Positions 13,301-23,700 of a DNA stretch of 64,000 nucleotides are shown in pieces. How positions within the stretch are numbered: the first letter of the stretch is position 1; each line of letters begins with the position of its first letter. A program made the position numbers and the translations under genes. The notes under the pieces were generated by a model. It worked only from the letters and a program-made list of their open reading frames with translations, was not told the DNA's origin and made no database searches. The DNA lies in contig NW_003314294.1 in NCBI RefSeq assembly GCF_000143415.4, positions 1,106,416-1,170,415 on the forward strand. The letters are read 5' to 3'. The DNA is from Selaginella moellendorffii (taxonomy: Eukaryota > Plantae > Lycopodiophyta).

Positions 13301-13765
13301 CTGTCTCCGCCACCTTTGGACATTTGGATAGCACCTTCTATCCATCATTCGCTAGGGACTTAGTCCCTTGGGCCTTATTTATTACCCTCACGACATCAAA
13401 CACCACCTCCTAGTGTTCTAGAGTGTTCGGGTGTCCCAATGATGGCTTCCTTGACAATGAATATTTCCTTTTATGACATTGACTTATTATATCGCAACAT
13501 AAGCAACTTATCCCCCGTAAGGGTACTGTGAGACACAAAATCCCTAGGCCCCAAAGTGGAGCCGGAAGGGCGCCACATGGTAGTGGCCGAAGCGAGAGCC
13601 AAACGAGCGTAACACATTTGGACCAAAAGCTCCGACTTGAAAAGTCAAGAGCGGGAGTGGAACTCCCAACGAAGTGCTCGAGGAACGAGCACGAAGCGAG
13701 CAAAAGGCGAGGCTCCAAAAAGGGACCCAAAAGGACAAACACATGACACGTGGGAGTGTCTGAGA

Positions 13766-14150
13766 TAGACTCGAGTTGGAGTCCGAAGTGGAGTCCGAGA
13801 TGGACCCGAGTTGGAGTCCGAAGTGGAGTCCGAGGTGGACCCGAGATGGACCCGAGTTGGAGTCCGAAGTGGAGTCCGAGATGGACCCGAGATGGAGTCC
13901 GAGATGGAGTCCGAGATGGAGTCCGAGATGGACCCGAGATGGACCCGAGATGGAGTCCGAGATGGAGTCCGAGATGGAGTCCGAGATGGAGTCCGAAGTC
14001 GAGACCGAGACCGGGACCGAGACCGAGACCGAGACCGAGATCGGGACCGAGACCGAGACCGAGGCTGAGGCCGAGGCCGAGACCGAGCCCGAGCCCGAGT
14101 CCGAGTCCGAATCCGAGTCCGAGTCCGAGTCCGAGTCCGAGTCCGAGTCC
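13766..14150 (+). repeat. LTR-internal satellite array of 6/11/12-bp units (GAGTCC, GAGACC, GAGTCCGAGATG, GACCCGAGATG)
   Basis: Read directly. Equivalent arrays at about 10288-10521, 19490-19932, 23300-23786, 47330-47827 and 53174-53695. They generate the many low-complexity ORFs in the track. Confidence 0.95.
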
Positions 14151-17100
14151 AGAGCCTGAAAGGGTGAAAGCCCAAAGCGTTCGTCTCCCAGACCCTGGGG
14201 GGTTTGGTGAGCTCCAAAAGTATAGTAGGGGGAGGACTGCAGTGGAGCCAGTTTGGCCAGGAAAGGCCAGTTTGGCCCAGGAAGGCCGGACCCAGTGTTG
14301 GGTGATGAGCTGCCCACTGGGAAGTCCAAGACTAGAGTGAACACAGACCGACAAGCGGGGTAGCTTGGTGAAGTGTTCAAGAGCCGGCTCTAGTTCCCCT
14401 GGGAGATCGACTGGCCGATGCTCCCAGTCCAAGTGTGGGTGGCACTACCTACTTGGATACCTGGTGTGGCTCAACGGAACCCGCTCTAAGCCCATGGCTA
14501 GAGCACCCAAGGGCAGAAGGCGAGGAGAGTACCCAGGTGGCTCGCGTAAGGCCACGGTGTTCCAAGATGTTGTCCCAAAGGCCCAGACTGTGGAAAGGAA
14601 GAGGAGCAGTCCTCTGGGGTAGTGACCAAGGACACAGTCGTGTGGTGAGGAAGTCCCAGAGGACCGTGGGACTTAGTGGTCGGGCCTGTGGGTCTCGATC
14701 AAGTGGCAGTGTTGGCAAACACGGCCAGGGGCAGAAAGGGACTTAGTGGGGACTGACAGAGGGATATTGGGGAAGGCTATTCCCCTTGTCGGTGGGCATC
14801 CTAAGGATGCTAAGGAGTGGATCTGAGATGACCACTCACGGATAGTTTGCCTAGTCTTGGAGAGCCAAGACGGTGATGCAAGTGGTATTGGACTACCAGT
14901 GTGGCAAAGGTGATTGGGCATGGCCTTAGCGTAACGGGCTGTTATGTCGGTGGTACCTTTGAGTGTCGGTCATGGGATCGGACACGTGGAGCACTTGGAC
15001 CAAGTGCAAATGTTGAGTGGCATGGATGCCATTCTCGGGGCTAGCAAGTCCCAAGTCTTGGATTGGACTTATGGAGGTTGTGAATGAGACTCCTCCAAGT
15101 GGTCAGAGGTGTGGTTAAGTGACTAAAGTAGAATGGAAAATTTAGTCGCTTACAACTTGGTATCGGAGCTGTTCCTTAGTCCGACTTTTATTGGTGCTCA
15201 AGTATATCACCACTAGTGTTGGCATCGGAAGGTCCGAGGAGTGGGCCTATCCTTGAGGAGTAGCAAGTCGGGAAGACATGGCTCTCCATTACAGTTCATG
15301 TGTGAACTTATAGACGACGTGGTGGATAGAAAAGGGCCAATGATGGAACGACTTTGGGATCTTGGGAACAGTATATGGTTTTCCTCAAAGAGTTGAGGAT
15401 GTGATCCAGATGAGCGTTTGACTTAGCAAACTGGCTAATGTAGTTGTGGTAAACAACTACAGTTGGGATCACGGGAAAGATAAAGACTCCAAAGCAATAA
15501 AGGAGTCACAAGATTTTCCTCATATAGTTGAGGTTGGTGCTCATGAATGTGAGACCAGAAGTAATGACCGTGGGAGGTCAAATACGGAAGAGGACTCAAG
15601 TCCTTGAAAAGGTAGCCGGGGCTACCTCTAATAAATGCTGGAACAACCCAAGGAGTTGGGGGTGTATTAAGTGGATGAGTTTGTGTTCTCATCACATGGA
15701 CAAGTAGTCCTAAGGGGCAAAGGTTGCCCCCAGAGAACAAAATCAAGTGTCGGAGTAACACTTGTGAAAATAGTCCTTTTGAGTAGGACAGGAATGCAAG
15801 AAGTGTATTCCAGTGAGCTAGTGCCTCACAAGTAGAACCTTACAGGTCTGTGGATTAACCAAGTCCAAAACTGCTGGATGACTCAAGTAGAGTCAACGGA
15901 TGGTCCTAAAAGGACTGATGGAAACATTTGGACTGAGGTGTGTTGTACCCCACAAAGGATGGGGGGGGATCATAGGATCCAAGGATGAGAACAGAGGGTA
16001 TCTCATCAATGGCAAAATGTGCCATGCTAAAGTTATGGGAAAGGTGTTCTCAGAAGAAAACAACTTTGACATAAAGTTGTGTGTGACCTCTATGGTGCAG
16101 TGTTAACGGATGGTTGGCATGAGAAAGAGCGGTGTTGGTCTTGGCAAAGACTTAGACACGAAGGGGAAATGTCATAGAGGTAGGCTCGTGGAGCCGATGG
16201 TGTGGAGACACCAAATGTGCCAAGGTGTGATACCTTGAGGCTATGTTGGTGGGTTCATGAGAACCCCTTGCCAAAGGAATCCCAATGGAAATGGGAATAG
16301 CATAGCCTAAGCTGCAGAGCATGCAATTGGAGTGTGGTGACCCAGATAATGATGGAGGTGTGAAAGCACCAAGCAATGAGTTGTAGGACTTGACAACTAT
16401 GAGGCAACTAAGCAAGAGGTGCAAAATAACTGGTTAAACGGGTAGAAGGTAGCTACCCAAGACTTCTTAATAGCATAGGGAAGTTGAATATACCCTTACG
16501 GGGGATAAGTTGGTTGTGTTGCGATATAGTAAGTCAATGTCATAAAAGGAAATACTCATTGTCAAGAAAGCCATCATTGGGACACCCGAACACTCTAGAA
16601 CACCAGAAGGTGGTGTTTGATGTCGCGAGGGCAATGGATAAAGCCCAAGGGACTAAGTCCCTAGCGAATGATGGATAGAAGGTGCTATCCAAATGTCCAA
16701 GGTTGCGGAGACAGGAGAGGACTGTCTACCCGAGTTGGACAAAGCCAAAAATGGAATTTTGGCAAGGCTAGTGATGGGCATGTAAAGGCCCATAAGCAAC
16801 AATGTAATCCCAGTGTGTGGGATTATAAGGTGAGCATACCCGGATTGAGGAACCACTCCCTAGGCTATTGGGTAGGTTCATCCCTAAGAATACTTACTAA
16901 AGCATGATAGAAAGTGCAAAGCTATCCTTCTGGTCTGGAGGAGAATGACTAAAGGAAAGGTGTGAAGCCCAAAAGCAAGAAGTAAGGGGATAGAACCGAA
17001 CCGTAGGAATCAAAGGGCATAACCAAGGTTGGTTATGCCAGCTGGGAGTGGAGAATCAAGTGGGGGCTCAAGGGTGTTGCCACTAGCAACCGTGATGCCA

Positions 17101-17645
17101 TGGAAAGTCTAAAATATGGAATTGTCCATGTTAGACTATGTGGCATTTGGAAGGCTTGCAAAAAGGGAGGCCTTAGCAAGCTGAGGGACAGAGTTCCTTC
17201 AAGGTTCCCAAAGACGATTCTATGCAGCTTAGTACCTAGAAAGGCCAAGTGTAAATGGTTCATAGAACGCGCGAAATCAGAGTGGCGCAGCAGAAGTGTG
17301 GTCTTGAAGCTTGCCATGAGGCAAGGCTGTCAAGGTTAGGGAAGTAGTTCCCGAGTGTTCAAAGAGAGGGCTTTGAACAAAAGTTGATGGTTAGGGACTT
17401 CCACGCTTATGCATGAACCATGTTACGGTGGCCGAATGACTTGCTAAGTGAGATTGGCAAGTTGGGAGGAACAAATACCCTAGTTGAAGGTGCTAACTTC
17501 AAAAAGGGTGGCCCATGGGGCCAAGCATGGAGGAGCCCATGCATGATCACAGATATGTCGAGTGAGAGGACTTGGCAGTGTGGGGGAACTAGGTTCCTAA
17601 GCTGTGATCTGTAGCGCGCTTTAAAAAAAAATAAGTTGGTGCACC

Positions 17646-17758
17646 GGCGTGGGGAGTCACGCCAGGCATCTTGTGTGATGCCGTCCGTAGATGCATATAC
17701 GGAGGTTGGGTTCGAGTCCCGACCCTCTAGTGCTTGGGTTCGAGTCCCAAATCACTAG
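17646..17758 (+). other. Five-hairpin structured RNA cassette in the LARD internal region (also about 12262-12374 minus in A and 51319-51431 in C)
   Basis: Stems ggcgtg/cacgcc, ggcatc/gatgcc, tccgta/tacgga, ggttggg/cccgacc and ctagtg-ttggg/cccaa-cactag lie back to back. Confidence 0.7.
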
Positions 17759-20700
17759 GGCGTGGTGATGGTTTGGAATATGAGGACACTTATATTTCGG
17801 TGGTCATGGACTCTCAGTGGGGAGACTGGTTTGGGCACACCGCCAAGCGAGGGATGCCTCGGAGTCGTGATGCACGGTTAGATTCCTTAATGTGAAAGCT
17901 CAGCATATCTAACTTGAACACTTTGGTGCAAGTGGCACCAAGGTCGTGGTGAGTGAGATGGGGACACCTAATCTCAGTTGCTATGAACCCTTGGCCGTAA
18001 GGGCTAGCTTGGGTGCACCGCCAAGTGTGGGGGATGCCCCCGGGGTTATAGTCAACAACTTGGAGGTCTAGAAGACCAAGTACCTCTTGGCAACTCTGTT
18101 AAGGTGCCAACGTGAGATCACCAGGTGATCTTATGGCCAGATAAGGACAAGGTCCTTGGTTGGCTAAGGAATGAAGTTCCTGGTTCAAAATGTTGAAATT
18201 GAACTGTTTAAGGTGGTGTGGCTTGGTCGTGATGACCAAGTGGGAAAAGCACCTAAGGGAAGTAAACTATGTCCGTGCGATGGCATAGTGAGTCCGAGGA
18301 AAGTAGTCTGTAGAGAGACCCATGAGAGGGTCACAAAATTGGGCTGAGGATAGAGCCCACAGCAGAAGATGCTAAAAGAGACTTACTAGGGGTGAACACC
18401 CTAGTCTTGGCAAAGCAGAGCCTTTGCTATGGAATCAAAAGAATACCTCAAGAAGGGAGGTAGAGATTCGATGTTGCTTGGTGCAACAATCAACGGATAG
18501 GAGCAAAAGATGAGTGGCCAGGATAGGGCCGTGGAATCCCTTGGAAGGAATCCAAGTGAAAAAGTTAGGCAAGGAACACTAATGTGTTGGACGCTAACAA
18601 GTTGCGGGAAAGGAAGTGTGTTTCCAAGGAGGGATTCCAAAATGCTCCGATTTGGCGAAAGTGGAAGCTCCAAGGGAGGGAGCGGTAAGGTAGCCAAATG
18701 ATAGGGCCATGAACAGCCCTAGCACAAAGTATGATACCTGGAACTTTGGCACGAAATAGAAGAGAGGATGATGGTGCCCTCGAGTAGAGAACTTCCTAGG
18801 ATGGGAAGTGGAGTTGCACAAAAGGTGCAAGGCAAGGTGTCCGAGACACCTAGGAAATTGACTCCAAGAAGTCAAAATTCAAAATTCCAAAGTGCAAAGG
18901 TTATATCGATGGAAATTGAAACTACTCGAGAAGGAGTAGTGGGATTGACTTAGAGAAGGGTCTCTAAGAGGTTTAGCGAAAACTAAACCAATAAAAGGAG
19001 AGAACCACTATATGTGGTCCAATCAGTCTCTAAGTTGGAGAGACTACCCTCCTTAGAGGATATGCAAAAGGCATGGTGAGCCTTCAATGTCCAACCATTG
19101 ACGAATGTGGAGAAGGCATGGTGAGCCTTCAATGTCACACCATTGACAAATATTGGCTACGCGCCAAGGATGGAAATGGTAACACATGCGGGTGTTACTT
19201 TATAAAATGGTTCACCGTTCGATGAAGACATCGAACTTCGTCTATGGGTGGTGGAGTTGTGAGACACAAAATCCCTAGGCCCCAAAGTGGAGCCGGAAGA
19301 GTGCCACATGGTAGTGGCCGAAGCGAGAGCCAAACGAGCGTAACACGTTTGGACCAAAAGCTCCGACTTGAAAAGTCAAGAGCGGGAGTGGAACTCCCAA
19401 CGAAGTGCTCGAGGAACGAGCACGAAGCGAGCAAAAGGCGAGGCTCCAAAAAGGGACCCAAAAGGACAAACACATGACACGTGGGAGTGTCCGAGATGGA
19501 CTCGAGTTGGAGTCCGAAGTGGAGTCCGAGATGGACCCGAGTTGGAGTCCGAAGTGGAGTCCGAGATGGACCCGAGTTGGAGTCCAAAGTGGAGTCCGAG
19601 ATCGACCTGAGTTGGAGTCCGAAGTGGAGTCCGAGGTGGACCCGAGATGGACCCGAGTTGGAGTCCGAAGTGGAGTCCGAGATGGACCCGAGATGGAGTC
19701 CGAGATGGAGTCCGAGATGGACCCGAGATGGACCCGAGATGGAGTCCGAGATGGAGTCCGAGATGGAGTCCGAAGTCGAGACCGAGACCGGGACCGAGAC
19801 CGAGACCGAGACCGAGATCGGGACCGAGACCGAGACCGAGGCTGAGGCCGAGGCCGAGACCGAGCCCGAGCCCGAGTCCGAGTCCGAATCCGAGTCCGAG
19901 TCCGAGTCCGAGTCCGAGTCCGAGTCCGAGTCCGGAGCCTGAGAGGGTGAAAGCCCAAAGCGTTCGTCTCCCAGACCCTGGGGGGTTTGGTGAGCTCCAA
20001 AAGTATAGTAGGGGGAGGACTGCAGTGGAGCCAGTTTGGCCAGGAAAGGCCAGTTTGGCCCAGGAAGGCCGGACCCAGTGTTGGGTGATGAGCTGCCCAC
20101 TGGGAAGTCCAAGACTAGAGTGAACACAGACCGACAAGCGGGGTAGCTTGGTGAAGTGTTCAAGAGCCGGCTCTAGTTCCCCCGGGAGATCGACTGGCCG
20201 ATGCTCCCAATCCAAGTGTGGGTGGCACTACCTACTTGGATACCTGGTGTGGCTCAATGGAACCCGCTCTAAGCCCATGGCTAGAGCACCCAAGGGCAGA
20301 AGGCGAGGAGAGTACCCAGGTGGCTCGCGTAAGGCCACGGTGTTCCAAGATGTTGTCCCAAAGGCCCAGACTGTGGAAAGGAAGAGGAGCAGTCCTCTGG
20401 GGTAGTGACCAAGGACACAGTCGTGTGGTGAGGAAGTCCCAGAGGACCGTGGGACTTAGTGGTCGGGCCTGTGGGTCTCGATCCAGTGGCAGTGTTGGCA
20501 AACACGGCCAGGGGCAGAAAGGGACTTAGTGGGGACTGACAGAGGGATATTGGGGAAGGCTATTCCCCTTGTCGGTGGGCATCCTAAGGATGCTAAGGAG
20601 TGGATCTGAGATGACCACTCACAGATAGTTTGCCTAGTCTTGGAGAGCCAAGACGGTGATGCAAGTGGTATTGGACTACCAGTGTGGCAAAGGTGATTGG

Positions 20701-23700
20701 GCATGGCCTTAGCATAACGGGCTGCTATGTCGGTGGTACCTTTGAGTGTCGGTCATGGGATCGGACACGTGGAGCACTTGGACCAAGTGCAAATGTTGAG
20801 TGGCATGGATGCCATTCTCGGGGCTAGCAAGTCCCAAGTCCTGGATTGGACTTATGGAGGTTGTGAATGAGACTCCTCCAAGTGGTCAGAGGTGTGGTTA
20901 AGTGACTAAAGTAGAATAGAAAATTTAGTCGCTTACAAGTACGTCCAACTTCCCTATGCCATTAAAAAGGCTTGGGTAGCTACCTTCTACCCGTTTAACC
21001 AATTATTTTGCACCTCTTGCTTAGTTGCCTCATAGTTGTCAAGTCCTACAACTCATTGTTGGTGCTTCCACACCTCCATCATTATCTGGGTCACCACACT
21101 CCAACTGCATGCTCTGCCGCTTAGGCTATGCCATTCCCATTTCCATTGGGATTCCTTTGGCAACATGGCCCCAAGGTATCACACCTTGGCACATTTGGTG
21201 TCTCCACACCATCGGCTTCACGAGCCTACCTCTATAACACTTCTTCTTTGTGTCTAAGTCTTTGCCAAGACCAATACCACTCTTTCTAATACCAACCATC
21301 TATTAGCATTGCACCATAGATGTCACACACAACTTTGTGTCAAAGTTGTTTTCTTTTTGGGAACACCTTTCCCACGATTTTAGCATGGCACATTTTGCCA
21401 TCAATGAGATACCCTCTATTCTCATCCTTGGATCCTAGGATCCCCCCCCCCCCCCCATCCTTCGTGGGGTACCACACATCTCAGTCCAAATGCTTCTATC
21501 AGTCCTTTTAGGACCATTCCTTGACTCTACTTGAGTCATCTAGCAGTTTTGGACTTGGTTAATCCACAGACCTGTAAGGTCCCACTTGTGAGGCACTAGC
21601 TCACTAGAATACACTTCTTACATTCCTGTCCTACTCAGAAAGACTATTTTCACAAGTGTTACTTTGACACTTATTTTTGTTCTCTGGGGCAACCTCTGCC
21701 CCTTAGGACTACTTGTCCATGTGATGAGAATACCAACTCATCTCTAAGTACACCCCCCAACTCCTTGGGTTGTTCCAGCATTTATTAAAGGTAGCCTCCG
21801 CTACCATTTCAAGGACTTAAATCCTCTTCCGTATTTGACCTCCCACGGTCATTACTTTTGGTCTCACATTCATGAGCACCAACCTCAACTATATGAAGAT
21901 AATCTTGTGACTCCCTTATTGCTTTGGAGTCTTTATCTTTCCTGTGATCCCAACTTTAGTTGTTTACCACAACTACATTGGCCATTTACTGAGTCAAACG
22001 CTCATCTGGATCACATCCTCAACTCTCTGAGGAAAACCATATACTGTTCCCAAGATCCCAAAGTCGTTCCCTTACCGGCCCCTTTTCTATCCACCACATC
22101 ACGCCCAAGTCACGTATGAACTTGAGTGGAGAGCCATGTCCTCTCGGCATACTATTCCTCAAGGATAAGCCCACTCCTAGGACCTTCCAATGCCAATATC
22201 AATGGTGATATACTTGAGCACCAATAAAAGTCGGACTAAGGAATAGCTCCGATACCAAATTGTAAGGGATTAAATTTTCCATTCTACTTTAGTCACTTAA
22301 CCACACCTCCGACCACTTGGAGGAGTCTCAATCACAACCTCCATAAGTCCATTTCAGGACTTGGGACTTGCTAGCCCTGAGAATGGCATCCATGCCACTC
22401 AACATTTGCACTGAGTCCAAGTGCTCCACGTGTCCGATCCCATGACTGACACACAAAAGTACCACCGACATGGCAGCCTGTTACGCTAAGGCCATGCCCA
22501 ATCACCTTTGCCACACTAGTAGTCCAATACCACTTGTATCACAGTCTTAGCTCTCCAAGACTAGGCAAACCATCCATGAGTGGTCATCTCAGATCCACTC
22601 CTTAGCATCCTTAGGATGCCCACCGACAAGGGGAATAGCCTTCCCCAATATCCCTCTGTCAGTCCCCACTAAGTCCCTTTCTGCTCCTAGCCGTGTTTGC
22701 CAACACTGCCACTGGATCAAGACTCACAGGCCCGACCACTAAGTCCCACAGTCCTCTGGGACTTCCTCACCATATGATTGTGTCCTTGGTCACTACCCCA
22801 GAGGACTGCTCCTCTTCCTTTCCACAGTCTGGGCCTTTGGGACAACATTTCAGAACACCGTGGCCTTACACGAGCCACCTAGGTACTCTTCCCACCTTCC
22901 GCCCTTGGGTGCTCTAGCCATGGGCTTAGAGCGAGGTTCCGTTGAGCCACGCCTGGTATCCAAGTAGGTAGTGCCACCCACACTTGGACTGGGAGCATCG
23001 GCCAGTCGATCTCCCGGGGGAACTAGAGCCGACTCTTGAACACTTCACCAAGCTACCCCGCTTGTCGGTCCGTGTTCACTCTAGTCTTGGACTTCCCAGT
23101 GGTTAGCTCATCACCCAACACTGGGTCTGGCCTTCCTGGGCCAAACTGGCCTTTCCTGGCCAAACTGGCCTTTCCTGGCCAAACTGGCTCCACTAGGCTC
23201 CAACCCCCACACTCTCCCTATTATACTTTTGGAACCCCCCCCCCCCCCAACCCCAGTTGGGGGAAAAACCCTTTTGGTTTTCCCCCACTGCCCAAATTAA
23301 AATTTGGAATCCGAATCAAAATCCGGTTCGGGCCCCGAATTTGAATCCGAATCCGTTTTAATCCCCGAATTTGAATTGGAATCCGGTTCGGTCTCAGTCT
23401 CGGTCTCGGTCCCGGTCTCGGTTCCATCTCAGACTCCATCTCGGACTCCACCTCGGGTCCATCTCGGACTCCACCTTGGGTCCATCTCGGACTCCATCTC
23501 GGACTCCACCTCGGGTCCATCTCGGACTCCATCTCAGGTCCATCTCGGACTCCATCTCGGGTCCATCTCAGACTCCATCTCGGGTCCATCTCGGACTCCA
23601 TCTCGGGTCCATATCGGACTCCATATCGGACTCCATCTCGGACTCCACTTCGGGTCCATCTCGGACTCCATATCGGACTCCATCTCGGACTCCATATCGG

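Larger units (their letters stand above)
13527..20937 (+). mobile_element. Non-autonomous LTR retrotransposon copy B, nested antisense in A
   Basis: LTRs 13527-15154 and 19258-20937 (TGTGAGACAC...CGCTTACA). PBS TGGTATCGGAGC at 15158-15169. PPT gggtggtggagt before 19258. TSD GGTAC/AGTAC, and removing B restores the sequence seen uninterrupted in B and C. The ~4.1 kb internal region has no long ORF or RT motif. Confidence 0.92.

Noticed and set aside
13766-14150. CRISPR-like regularity of the LTR arrays
   Set aside because: No unique spacers, no cas genes, eukaryotic context.
13410-14432. Long ORFs such as (LG)n, (SD)n, (RT)n and MESE repeats in all LTR copies
   Set aside because: They are products of stop-free 6/11/12-bp arrays open in most frames, and the frames differ between copies.
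17704-17758. tRNA gene or tRNA-derived SINE suggested by GTTCGAGTC
   Set aside because: No convincing A-box, D-arm, anticodon arm or acceptor stem. It is reported only as a T-arm-like hairpin.
19939-19971. Hammerhead-ribozyme look-alike in the LTR (CTGAGA-GGGT-GAAA-GCCC-AAA...GTC), which would suggest a retrozyme
   Set aside because: The core lacks N7 and the catalytic G12, stems I and III do not close properly, and CTGA is absent in the A and D LTRs. Only the GNRA hairpin is conserved.
23230-23390. Apparent divergent segment in the 5' LTR of A
   Set aside because: The homopolymer-inflated pattern is typical of low-quality base calls.
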